Origin: Candidatus Rokuibacteriota bacterium | GTDB lineage: Bacteria; JAUVQV01; DATDCY01 | Reading direction: 5' to 3' | DNA: 35,624 nucleotides | Assembly: GCA_031406795.1 (NCBI GenBank) | Contig: JANOHV010000265.1 | Location: 1-35,624, forward strand | Shown: one piece after another, positions 8,508-17,278 of the stretch | Position numbering within the stretch: the stretch's first letter is position 1 | How the letters are laid out: each line of letters starts with the position of its first letter | Position numbers and translations under genes: made by a program | The notes under the pieces: model-generated | The model's input: only the letters and a program-made list of their open reading frames with translations | The model's database searches: none | What the model was told of the DNA's origin: nothing

Positions 8508-10055
8508 TCAGCGCGCGGGTTCCGCAGCGCCGCCGGCATCGCCGGCCTGGGCCGCCCCCCCCGATGGTACGCCGCCCACGACGAGCCGCGAGGCGTAGGA
8601 GGCAGGAATCCGGCCCGCTTCGACGGGCTTGAAGTGAAACGTCAGCTGCGCGAAGTAGAGGTTGTTCGCGTAAGCGCGCAGCGCGTCGGTGGAGTCGTTC
8701 TTCCGGTAGCCGTACCCCAGATCCAGCTGCACCCGTTTGACCAGCAGCAGAACGAGCCCGGCCGCGACCCGCGTCGTGCGGTCCTCGACCTCGGCAAGCG
8801 CCTCCTCCCGGATCGACGTGCTCGTCCAGCTCCCCGCCAGATCGAACGCCGACCAGGGGGTGAGCAGCCAGCGCGCGCCGACAGTTGGTCCCCAGGCCGT
8901 TTCCTCACGGCCGGATTCCCGGAAATCCCGCGTCTCGTGCCACCCCCCGAGATCGAGCGTACTCCCGAGACGGGCCCGGATCGAAACTGCCGCCGAGGCG
9001 CGCCCGGTTTCGAGCGTGTCTCCATCCGGCTGAACCTGTTGACCCAGTTGGTACCCGAGATTCCACGAACCGCCCCGCTCGAGAATCCCCCTGATCTCAG
9101 CGCCACCGAGAAGGTTGGAACGGATCCCAGCAACGGGAGGCACGGCTGCCGCGCCACCGGCCACCGTACCATCGGCCGCAGTTCCCTCGACCGCCGTCCC
9201 CGCCCCCGTCGCCGGTTCGCCGTCCTCCTCCCGGCGCCACTCGAGGCGGTACCGCAGCGAAAGGTGTTCGCTCCACCGCTGTTCCACCGCCAATGACGCG
9301 CGCAGCTCGGTGTAGTCCGGCGCCAGGTCCCGGCCGACCTTGCCGTACGCCGCGCGCAACTCGCTCCCCCAGAGCGGGCTCCAACGGTGGCGGAGAAGCG
9401 CTTCACCGTAGTGCCGCTCCAGCCGGTCGAGTTCCTCGATCACGTCAGCCGCAGAATCCGTCTCCTCTGCAACCGGTGCGGCAGCCCCGCTCGCCGAGTA
9501 AGACTCCAACTCGCCGCGGTAGGCCAGCTCGAAGGTGCTTCTCGCTCCCAATTCCGCTTCCAGCCCCGTCCGCACGGAGAGCAGATTCCTGTCGACCTGG
9601 TCCACCCAGGCCTCCCCCTCCCGCTCCTGAGATCGAGGGACCCGGGAGCGCTCCTCGCGCGCCTCCAGGAAGAACGGAGACCACCGCCGCCAGCTCAGGT
9701 CCGCCGTGACGGCGTGCGTCCAGAAGGAATCCCGCTCTTCGTCGCCCTGGAACATCGAATAGGCGCCGTTGTAGAGCAGTTGCAGCCGATCGCGCTCCCC
9801 GAGCCACATGGCCGTGAGGCCCGGGCTGACGATAAAGATCGTTTCCTTCACCGGTTGTCGCAGCGCGGCCTCACCCTCAGCGCGCTCTTCGACCGCTGTC
9901 CGCGGGTCGAGGTGGAAGTTGTCGTCGATCTGCGCGCCCGCGCCGAGAGAGATGTCGTAGATCAGCGCCGCACGCGCCTCGGAGGGCTGCCCCGCGATCA
10001 GCATGATGCCCGCCGCCAGAGCCCCGAACGCAATTCGGGACTGCCGGAGCCTCAC
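8508..10055 (-). CDS. Outer-membrane beta-barrel protein of the EPS/PEP-CTERM locus
   Basis: Signal peptide, DDN motif then IFIVSPGL, alternating amphipathic strands, LGYGYRKNDS...YANNLYFAQLTFHF near the C-terminus; lies between OPX and co-polymerase genes. Confidence 0.78.
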   Translation of the reverse strand: MRLRQSRIAFGALAAGIMLIAGQPSEARAALIYDISLGAGAQIDDNFHLDPRTAVEERAEGEAALRQPVKETIFIVSPGLTAMWLGERDRLQLLYNGAYSMFQGDEERDSFWTHAVTADLSWRRWSPFFLEAREERSRVPRSQEREGEAWVDQVDRNLLSVRTGLEAELGARSTFELAYRGELESYSASGAAAPVAEETDSAADVIEELDRLERHYGEALLRHRWSPLWGSELRAAYGKVGRDLAPDYTELRASLAVEQRWSEHLSLRYRLEWRREEDGEPATGAGTAVEGTAADGTVAGGAAAVPPVAGIRSNLLGGAEIRGILERGGSWNLGYQLGQQVQPDGDTLETGRASAAVSIRARLGSTLDLGGWHETRDFRESGREETAWGPTVGARWLLTPWSAFDLAGSWTSTSIREEALAEVEDRTTRVAAGLVLLLVKRVQLDLGYGYRKNDSTDALRAYANNLYFAQLTFHFKPVEAGRIPASYASRLVVGGVPSGGAAQAGDAGGAAEPAR

Positions 10056-11137
10056 CGCGGCACCATCACGATGTCGCCGGGGGAGAGCCGCAGGTTCCGC
10101 GACAGGTCGGCCCTTTTCAAAATCCGCGCGAGATCGACGGGCAGCTCCTGCTTCTTCCCGTCGGCCGCGGTGCGAACGACCCTGACGGCGTCCAGATCGG
10201 CGTACTCCGTGCCGCCGCCGGCTTCGACGAATGCATCGAGCAGCGTCAGGCCCTCCCGAAAGGCGATGGTCCGCGGCGTCCGGACCTCGCCGACGACCAG
10301 AACCCGCTCCGGAGGCAGTTGGGGCGGCTTGAACGGAACAATCACGATGTCCCCGGGCGCGATCACGACATTCTTCTCCAGCGCGCCGCTTTTCAGCAAT
10401 TCGTCGATGTCGACCGGGATTTCCACCGTCTGGCCGCTCCCCTGCCGGCGGGCGATCTTGGCGCTCTTCAAGTCGGCAGCCGGCGTGCCGCCGCCGGCGC
10501 CGAGGTAGGCGTCGAGCAGCGTCATCCCCTCCACGTACGGCAGCGCGTGCGGCTGGACGACCTCGCCCACGACGAGAATCCGCCCGAGCGTCACTTCGCG
10601 GGCCGGGATTGCCAGGATGTCCCCCGGCGACAGCAGCGGATTGATGCCGGGCGGCTTCTGTGTCCGCGCGGGGAGCGAGAGGTCGACCGGGATCCGCGCC
10701 TCACCCCGCAGGATGTACGCGCCCGCCAGGTCGGCATCGGCCGTTGCCCCCCCCGCCCGGGCCAGCAGCTGCCGGGCCGTAATCGGACCCGCGAGGGAGA
10801 ACACGCCGTTGGCGATCGCGCCCTGGGTGTAGACGCGGAAGCTGGTGGGGCCGGAGACCGTCACCGTCACGTTCGGCGCGTTCACGAACGACGAGAGCTT
10901 TTCAGCGAGGATCTGCCCCAGCTGCATCGCCGTGAGCCCCTCGGCCTTCACGTCGCGGATCAGCGGCAGCGTGATCTGCCCGTCGGGCCGCACGATGACG
11001 CTCTGGCTGAGTTCGGCGTTCTTCCAGACGTTGATCTGCAGGGTATCGCCGCCGCCGATCAGGTATTCCTGCTGAGTCCGGGCAGGCGCCGACACCAGCA
11101 GAAAGACCAGCGCACCCGACAAGAACCATCGCTTCAT
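10052..11137 (-). CDS. Polysaccharide export (OPX/Wza-like) protein, Poly_export + 3 SLBB
   Basis: PES motif YLIGGGDTLQINVWKNAELS..V.VRPDGQITLPLI; repeated VGEV..P...L..GD units. Confidence 0.9.
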   Translation of the reverse strand: MKRWFLSGALVFLLVSAPARTQQEYLIGGGDTLQINVWKNAELSQSVIVRPDGQITLPLIRDVKAEGLTAMQLGQILAEKLSSFVNAPNVTVTVSGPTSFRVYTQGAIANGVFSLAGPITARQLLARAGGATADADLAGAYILRGEARIPVDLSLPARTQKPPGINPLLSPGDILAIPAREVTLGRILVVGEVVQPHALPYVEGMTLLDAYLGAGGGTPAADLKSAKIARRQGSGQTVEIPVDIDELLKSGALEKNVVIAPGDIVIVPFKPPQLPPERVLVVGEVRTPRTIAFREGLTLLDAFVEAGGGTEYADLDAVRVVRTAADGKKQELPVDLARILKRADLSRNLRLSPGDIVMVPR

Positions 11138-11168
11138 CCGCGGACCTCCCTGATCGCCATTGCCGTCT

Positions 11169-11987
11169 TCATCGGGGCACCACGACGATGTCCCCCGGAA
11201 GCAGGTTGAGATTCTTCCCGAGTTCGCCCTTCTTGAGCATGCGTGCGAGATCGACCTCGATCTGCGCCTGCCGCCCGTTCGTCCCGAGGCGGAGCACCTT
11301 CGCCGAATCCAGATCGGCGTATTCCGTGCCGCCGCCCGCCGCCACGAACGCGTCGAGCACGGTCAGCCCTTCCTGAAACGGCAGGCTGCGGGGCGTCCGG
11401 ACCTCCCCCGCCACGAGCACCCGACGGGTGGCATTGCGGAAGGGCACGACGAGAACGTCCTCCGGCATCAGCGCCGGGTAGGACTCGGCGGCCGGCCCGG
11501 AACCGGCCCGCGGCTGCAGATCGACCGGAATACGCTCGCCGCCGCGCAGGATGAACGCCTCGGCGGGATCCCCCTCCGCCGTCGGCCCCCCGGCGCGCGC
11601 CAGCAGCTGCAGCACATTGATCGGCGCGGAGAGCGGGAACATGCCGTTCGCCACGGCCCCGTTCGTGTAGACCCGGAAGTTGGTCGCGGTGACGACGGTG
11701 ACCGTGACGTTCGGGGCGTTCACCAGCGCAGAGAGTTTGGCCTCGATCATCTTCCCGAGGTCCATCGCCGACTTGCCGCTCGCCGGCACGTCGCGGATCA
11801 GCGGCAGCGTGATCATCCCGTCGGGACGGACGGTCACGGTCTGGCTCAGCTCGGGGTTCTTCCAGACGTTCACCTGCAGGCTGTCGCCCCCGCCGATGAG
11901 GTAGGCCTGGTCCCCCGCGGCCGCGCCGCTGCACAGCGCCACCAGCCCGGCGAACATCACACCGGCAAACCTCGCGCCCCCGCTCAT
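11169..11987 (-). CDS. Second OPX/Wza-like protein, Poly_export + 2 SLBB
   Basis: Start MSGGARF at 11987 (ATGA overlap with kinase stop; GGAGGAG upstream); YLIGGGDSLQVNVWKNPELS..VRPDG motif. Confidence 0.9.
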   Translation of the reverse strand: MSGGARFAGVMFAGLVALCSGAAAGDQAYLIGGGDSLQVNVWKNPELSQTVTVRPDGMITLPLIRDVPASGKSAMDLGKMIEAKLSALVNAPNVTVTVVTATNFRVYTNGAVANGMFPLSAPINVLQLLARAGGPTAEGDPAEAFILRGGERIPVDLQPRAGSGPAAESYPALMPEDVLVVPFRNATRRVLVAGEVRTPRSLPFQEGLTVLDAFVAAGGGTEYADLDSAKVLRLGTNGRQAQIEVDLARMLKKGELGKNLNLLPGDIVVVPR

Positions 11988-14900
11988 GAGCTGCTCCTCC
12001 CGTAGCCGTTCTCCTGCCGCAGACGGACCGGGCTCCCCGGTCCCGCGGCCTGCGTCTGGGGAAACCTCATCGTGAATGTCGTGCCCTTGCCGGGGCTGCT
12101 GCTGACCCGCACTTTGGCGCCGTGGTTCTCGAGGATCTTGTGCACCACGGAGAGCCCGAGGCCCGTCCCCTTGGCCTCCTTGGTCGTGAAGAAGGGATCG
12201 AAAATGCGCGCGAGGATCTCCGCTGGGATGCCGACGCCGGTGTCGCTGAAGCGCACCAGGACCTCCGCGCGCCGCTGCCGCTGTTCCCGCAGACCGTCGA
12301 CGATCGCGCGCACCTGTTCGAGCACGTGAGCATTTTCGAGCGGCCGCGGCAGAACGCCGACGATCCCCGGGATGCGCGCCCAGCGCTGATCGCCCGCCCC
12401 GGCGTCCGCGATGACGAGAATCTTCGCGTCGGGGGCGTATTCCCTGGCCATCATCACGAAGAAGTCCACCCGGTTCGGGTCGGTGTCCGCGAAATCCAGC
12501 AGCAGCACCTCGGGGGGCGTCGCCGGGCTCTGGCGGAAGGAATCGATCGCCTCCCCGTCGCCGCGGAAGAAGCGCACTTCCCACCCGGGAACATCCATCA
12601 GCGCCCGCAGAAAGGCCAGGTCGCCGGCGTTGTCGTACACGACCGCGATGCTCGCGGGTTCCGACCCCGCGGAGGCGGACGCGTCCACCTCGGCGACGAT
12701 GTCGATCGCGCCGCCGGAGGGCATCGCGTCGACGGCGTTGGCGATGAGATTGACGAAGACCTGCTGCAGATCCTGCGCGTTGCCCCAGACGGCCGGGAGC
12801 CCCTCGCCGAAGGTGCGGCGGACCTCGATGCGACGGCGTCCGATCACGACCTGGAAAAGTTCGAGCGCGACATCGATCGCCTCGGGCAGGGCGATCCAGC
12901 CCGAAGAGGCCGCGCCGCTTCGCGAGAACGACAGCAGGTTGCCGACGATGCGATTAATCCGGAGCACGTCCTTGCGGATGCTCTCGAGCACTTCGCGGTA
13001 TTCCGCATCCTTCTCCCGCCGCTTGAGGATTTCCAGGTTGAAGCTGATCGCCCCGAGCGGGTTGTTCAGCTCGTGGGCCATGCCCGCCGAGAGGATCGAC
13101 AGGGAGTTGAGCTTCTCCGAGAGGACCATCTGCTGCTCGAGGCGCTTCTGACCCGAAATGTCCACGAGCAGACAGACGACCGCGGCCTGGTCTCCCTGCC
13201 CGACCCCCCAGGGCGAGAAGGTGATCTGATAGGAGCGGTCTTCGCCGGCCTCGCCCGCGAGGTGGGCGACGCGCCGCTCCACGCCGCCCGAGGCCACCGT
13301 CTCGTGCATGCAGCACCAGGAACAGGGCAGCCGCCGCCGAAAAAGTGCCTCGTAGCACTTGCGGTTGCGCACGTCGCCCTGAAGCTCCGACGCCACCGGA
13401 AACACCCCGCGGTGGAAGAACTGCAGATCGTATTTCGGGTTGACGATGTAGAGCGTCTCCCCCATGCCGCGAATGACGGCCTCCATCTTGCGCTGTTCGC
13501 TCTCGAGGGAGACTCGCAGATCCTTGAACGCCGTGACGTCCCGCATCACCTCGATGGCCGCCGTGACCTTGCCCTCCACGTCGCGCAGCGGGAACGTGTC
13601 GAGACGGTACCAGTGCGTCTTCCCCTCCTCGACACGGGTGATCTCCCGGTTGACCGGGGCGTCCTGCGCGATCGACTCCTCGCAGGCGCAGGTGCCGCAG
13701 ACTGCCGCGCCGTCGACCGACCAGGGGCAGACCTGTCCTTCCAGCGATGCGGGCGAGCCGGCCAGAAGCTGCCGATACGTGGCATTGCAGAACACGATGT
13801 GCCGCGAGGCGTCGACGACGGCGATCCCGTAGCCGATGTTGTCGAAGATTCGCTGGTGCAGATCCTTGAGCTGGACGACTTCCTTGAGCAGACGCTCGTT
13901 CTCCGCGGCCGCCACCGCGAAAGGGTCGAGTTCGCGCTCGAAGGAGAGCAGCAGGTGGCCGGCCTCCGCCCCCGTGTCCGCCGGCGTCAGAAGCGCCTTC
14001 AGCTCGCGGCCGCAGGGAATTTCCAGGGGGTGAATGGCATCCACTTCCCCGGTCAACCCCGGCAGGACCTCCGGGAGGTCGCGCAGTCCGGTGTCCCTGA
14101 GAAGGACAACGGAGGCCGGCTTGCGCCTGTCCGGGCGGGGATCGTCGAGACGCGCGGAGGCGCGCCAGAGGTCGGTGGCGGGAACGGCTTTCATCGGGTA
14201 GAGCACCCGGTCGGGCTCCACCGCCGCCGGGAAGCGCAGACTGCCGTCCGTGCCGATCTCCTCGGGCACCAGCAGGATGAAGCGTCCGTCGCGGCTGCGA
14301 TGCGCCAGCGGGAAGATCGAGAAGGGTCCCAGGCCATCCCCGTCGCGGTCCATCGCGCCCGGATCGAGACCGAGCGCCTCCCGGTAGGCCACGATTGCCG
14401 GCCGACCGTTGCATTCGAGGATCCGGTCGCCCTCGGCGCGGGTGACGAAAAGCTTCGCGCCGACCGGCTCGAAGGAGTGATACCGCTCGAGTGAGAACCG
14501 GAGATCGGTCTTGATCATGGTCAGGACGACCCCGCTCGTAACAACCCGCCCATCGGCCAGGATCGCGGCTCGTGCGCCGCCCGCGGGGAGCGAGAGCATC
14601 AGCAGGGGCACCCGCGAGTGGAGTTTCCGCCGCAGAAAAGTCGCGATCTTGAGCTCCCGCGAATGCCGCTGGCCGGAGGGCGAGATCACCGCCGCAAGCG
14701 CAAGGGAGGGACGGCGGTAGCGGTACCAGTGATAAAGATGCCGCTCGGCGGATGTGGCAGGCATGTCGCGTGCGGACGGGGAGATGAAGGAATCCCGACA
14801 AGCCTCCTGCGCTTCGTGTTCCCACCCCGCCTCGGCGCCATCGCCGACGCCGGTGCCAACCTTCGCCCGAAGATGCCGCGTGGCGAACAGCATCACCCGC

Positions 14901-15154
14901 ACTCCGGCGGGAGCAGGTGATTCACCATCGGCGGGCGTCGGGTCGGAGACCAGGCCCATCAGCGGGCAATCCCCGAGGGACTCGCGTGCGCCGCTCAGGA
15001 TCTCCCCGGCGTCCGGCGTCCCCCGGCCGACCAGCAGGGCCAGCGCGGGCGGCAGCCCCCCTGACTGTTCCAGCGCGGCACGCACGGCCGCACGCCCCTG
15101 CTCGAAGGGGTTCCCTGCCGCGGGCGCGCCGTAGCCGACGAGCAGCCTGATCAT
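11984..15154 (-). CDS. FIST-PAS-PAS sensor histidine kinase with receiver-like insertion in the HATPase domain
   Basis: N-terminal FIST-like region (F.PVG..LFVTRAEGDRILECNGRPA, FPLA, DGSLRF), two PAS/PAC units, H-box GMAHELNNPL, N-box QVFVNLIANA, DTGVGI, FDPFFTTK, GTGLGL. Confidence 0.85.
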   Translation of the reverse strand: MIRLLVGYGAPAAGNPFEQGRAAVRAALEQSGGLPPALALLVGRGTPDAGEILSGARESLGDCPLMGLVSDPTPADGESPAPAGVRVMLFATRHLRAKVGTGVGDGAEAGWEHEAQEACRDSFISPSARDMPATSAERHLYHWYRYRRPSLALAAVISPSGQRHSRELKIATFLRRKLHSRVPLLMLSLPAGGARAAILADGRVVTSGVVLTMIKTDLRFSLERYHSFEPVGAKLFVTRAEGDRILECNGRPAIVAYREALGLDPGAMDRDGDGLGPFSIFPLAHRSRDGRFILLVPEEIGTDGSLRFPAAVEPDRVLYPMKAVPATDLWRASARLDDPRPDRRKPASVVLLRDTGLRDLPEVLPGLTGEVDAIHPLEIPCGRELKALLTPADTGAEAGHLLLSFERELDPFAVAAAENERLLKEVVQLKDLHQRIFDNIGYGIAVVDASRHIVFCNATYRQLLAGSPASLEGQVCPWSVDGAAVCGTCACEESIAQDAPVNREITRVEEGKTHWYRLDTFPLRDVEGKVTAAIEVMRDVTAFKDLRVSLESEQRKMEAVIRGMGETLYIVNPKYDLQFFHRGVFPVASELQGDVRNRKCYEALFRRRLPCSWCCMHETVASGGVERRVAHLAGEAGEDRSYQITFSPWGVGQGDQAAVVCLLVDISGQKRLEQQMVLSEKLNSLSILSAGMAHELNNPLGAISFNLEILKRREKDAEYREVLESIRKDVLRINRIVGNLLSFSRSGAASSGWIALPEAIDVALELFQVVIGRRRIEVRRTFGEGLPAVWGNAQDLQQVFVNLIANAVDAMPSGGAIDIVAEVDASASAGSEPASIAVVYDNAGDLAFLRALMDVPGWEVRFFRGDGEAIDSFRQSPATPPEVLLLDFADTDPNRVDFFVMMAREYAPDAKILVIADAGAGDQRWARIPGIVGVLPRPLENAHVLEQVRAIVDGLREQRQRRAEVLVRFSDTGVGIPAEILARIFDPFFTTKEAKGTGLGLSVVHKILENHGAKVRVSSSPGKGTTFTMRFPQTQAAGPGSPVRLRQENGYGRSSS

Positions 15155-16530
15155 GTGCCCTGCGCGAAGAAGACGACTTTGAGCGTCTTGATCGCGATCC
15201 AGATGTCGAGCTTCCAGGACATGTTCTTGATGTAATAGAGGTCGAACTTGAGCTTCTCGATCGCGTCCTCGACCGAAGCGCCGTAGCGGTACTGGACTTG
15301 AGCCCAGCCGGTGAGTCCGGGCTTCACCGAGAAACGCAGCACGTAGTACGGAATCTCGCTCTTGAGCTTTTCGACGAAGAACGGCCGCTCGGGCCGCGGG
15401 CCGATGAAGCTCATCTCCCCTCTGAGCACGTTGATGAATTGCGGGATCTCGTCGAGGCGGGTCAGCCGCAGCCAGCGGCCGACCCGGGTGACCCGGTAGT
15501 CGCGAACGCTCGCCCAGACCGGACCGGTCCCGTCTGCGGCATCGCTGCGCATCGTCCGAAACTTGATCAGATTGAACGGCCGCTCGCCCTGGCCGGTGCG
15601 CTCCTGGCGGTAGAAGACCGGCCCCTTCGAGTCGAGCTTCAGCAGCAGCGCGATGATCCCCAGCAGCGGCAAGGAGAGCGCCAGCCCCACAAGCGAGGCG
15701 GCGATGTCGAACACCCGTTTGAAATGCCGCAGAACCGGCCGCCGGAGCAAGTCGAACCCGCCGCTGTAGAGGAACCAGGAGTCCTCGACGTTCTTGATGG
15801 GGATCTGGCCCATCGCGCGCTCGTAGAAATTCGGCATGTCGATCACTTCGACCCCGCTCATCTTGATCCTGAGCAGATTGCCGATCAGCTCCGCGTTCTG
15901 GATGGACGAAATGGCCATGATCACCAGATCGACCCCGTGCTGTGCCACGGATTGCTGTAGCTGCTGCGCGGTGCCGACCACGCGGACACCCTTGTATTCG
16001 ACGTTCCTCTTCGACATGTCGTCGTCGATCACGCCGGCGACCCTGATGCGCAGCCGCGGCTCACGCAGCGTGCAGTCGATTACCGTGCGGCCCGCCCAAC
16101 CCGCGCCGAGCACCAGCGCGGAGCGCACGACTCGCGCGCGACGCTCCTTCAGCGCGGAAACGAAGCGGACCACGAAGACCTCGGCCGCCATCGCCACCGC
16201 CAGCACCGCGAAGAGCTCCCCCGCGCCCGCGCGGTCGACGGTGAAATAATAGGCGAGTCCGAAGAGCAGGACTACGGCCAGGGTGGCGGCGGCGATCCGC
16301 AGCGAGACCATGGGGGAGCCCCAGGAGCAGCGCGGGTCGTAGAGCTGCGCCACGGCGAGCATCACCGGGAACGCCAGCGCCGAAAGGAGCAGCCAGGGGG
16401 CGCTCAGCAGCACGGCAATCGGGTCGCCGTGACGCGCCAGCCCGTACCCGGCGATCGCGATGACCGGGACGTTGGCGTCGAGCGCCATGTGGATCAGGGT
16501 CGTCCTTCCCGCCGCCGGTGCCTGGAACAT
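15151..16530 (-). CDS. Priming sugar transferase (polyprenyl glycosylphosphotransferase), XrtA/PEP-CTERM-type
   Basis: N-terminal TMs, Rossmann-like GAG segment, Bac_transf motifs KFRTM, RLDEIPQ, GEMSFIGPRPERP, KPGLTGWAQV, DLYYIKN. Confidence 0.95.
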   Translation of the reverse strand: MFQAPAAGRTTLIHMALDANVPVIAIAGYGLARHGDPIAVLLSAPWLLLSALAFPVMLAVAQLYDPRCSWGSPMVSLRIAAATLAVVLLFGLAYYFTVDRAGAGELFAVLAVAMAAEVFVVRFVSALKERRARVVRSALVLGAGWAGRTVIDCTLREPRLRIRVAGVIDDDMSKRNVEYKGVRVVGTAQQLQQSVAQHGVDLVIMAISSIQNAELIGNLLRIKMSGVEVIDMPNFYERAMGQIPIKNVEDSWFLYSGGFDLLRRPVLRHFKRVFDIAASLVGLALSLPLLGIIALLLKLDSKGPVFYRQERTGQGERPFNLIKFRTMRSDAADGTGPVWASVRDYRVTRVGRWLRLTRLDEIPQFINVLRGEMSFIGPRPERPFFVEKLKSEIPYYVLRFSVKPGLTGWAQVQYRYGASVEDAIEKLKFDLYYIKNMSWKLDIWIAIKTLKVVFFAQGT

Positions 16531-16545
16531 GCTTAAGGGGGGGAG

Positions 16546-17016
16546 TTATCGCTTCCAGAAATAAGACAGGATGATGCCGAGGATCATCCACAGGGGGATC
16601 GAGATGACAATCATCCAGATCATCCCCCGGGAAAAATTGAGCTGCGCGACCAATTGCCGCTTCTCGAGACCGCGCTCCAGCGCCGCGCTGAACTTCTCGA
16701 TCGACACCGGCTTCTCGATGTAGTCGTAGGCGCCCAGCGTCAGCGTCTCGACCGCGGAGGCGAGATCCGAATACCCGGTGATTACCATGACGACCACGTC
16801 CTTGTTGATCCTCTTGAGTTCGCGGATGAACTCCACGCCGCTCATGCGCGGCATCTTCAGATCCGCGATGACCATGTCGTAGTCGCCGTCCTGGAATTTC
16901 ATCAGGCCGTCCTGACCATCCACGGCCCAGGTCGACGTGTGCCCCAGCTCCTTGATGATCCGGCCGAGCGCGGTGGCGAAACTCTCGTCGTCGTCCACAA
17001 CCAGCACGGAAGCCAT
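16546..17016 (-). CDS. Response regulator receiver protein with C-terminal transmembrane tail (paralog 1)
   Basis: DDD, DLKMP, ITGY and EKP receiver motifs, then hydrophobic MIWMIVISIPLWMILGIILSYF and WKR; AAGGAG RBS. Confidence 0.9.
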   Translation of the reverse strand: MASVLVVDDDESFATALGRIIKELGHTSTWAVDGQDGLMKFQDGDYDMVIADLKMPRMSGVEFIRELKRINKDVVVMVITGYSDLASAVETLTLGAYDYIEKPVSIEKFSAALERGLEKRQLVAQLNFSRGMIWMIVISIPLWMILGIILSYFWKR

Positions 17017-17042
17017 CAGTCTCCTTCCCTGGCCGGTCGCCG

Positions 17043-17086
17043 AAAAGGGCCCATCTGGTGCGTGCGCCTTGCGCCTGGACCCTCTT
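17043..17086 (-). other. Leader stem-loop (possible attenuator or decayed repeat)
   Basis: Minus strand AAGAGGGTCCA...TGGGCCCTTTT can form 11 bp including G-U pairs. Confidence 0.4.
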
Positions 17087-17195
17087 GAGCGAACTGCCCG
17101 TTCTTAGAGCTTTCCAGAACCCCGCCAGAACCGACCTTCAGACAATAATCGCAATAATCTTCCGCAACCGGCTTGATTCACACGAAACTGCGGTA

Positions 17196-17224
17196 ATCAT
17201 CGGCAAGCGCACGAGCCCTGTCAA
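17196..17224 (-). promoter_or_regulatory. Sigma-70-type promoter for the receiver/EPS operon
   Basis: Minus strand TTGACA-N17-GATGAT. Confidence 0.55.
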
Positions 17225-17278
17225 GAGAAAAGCACCGAGCGAAATATTCAGGAAGAACGCGGCGGCCAGCGGCGCAAA

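Noticed and set aside
11988-12584. N-terminal 199 aa of ORF 11169-12584
   Set aside because: Overlaps the kinase in another frame; the real OPX start with SD and signal peptide is at 11987.
1871-14825. Long alternative-frame and antisense ORFs (e.g. 2653-4791, 2775-4907, 6380-8179, 12122-14494, 12954-14825)
   Set aside because: Shadow ORFs of high-GC genes: Arg/Pro/Gly-rich, no motifs, fully overlapping well-supported CDSs.
16546-16630. Receiver C-terminal tails as PEP-CTERM sorting signals
   Set aside because: TM plus basic end is similar, but there is no PEP-like motif before the helix and no N-terminal signal peptide.
17017-17195. c-di-GMP riboswitch or ops/JUMPstart element in the leader
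   Set aside because: No GEMM-type GCAAA / GNRA-receptor pattern and no GGCGGTAG ops core seen.
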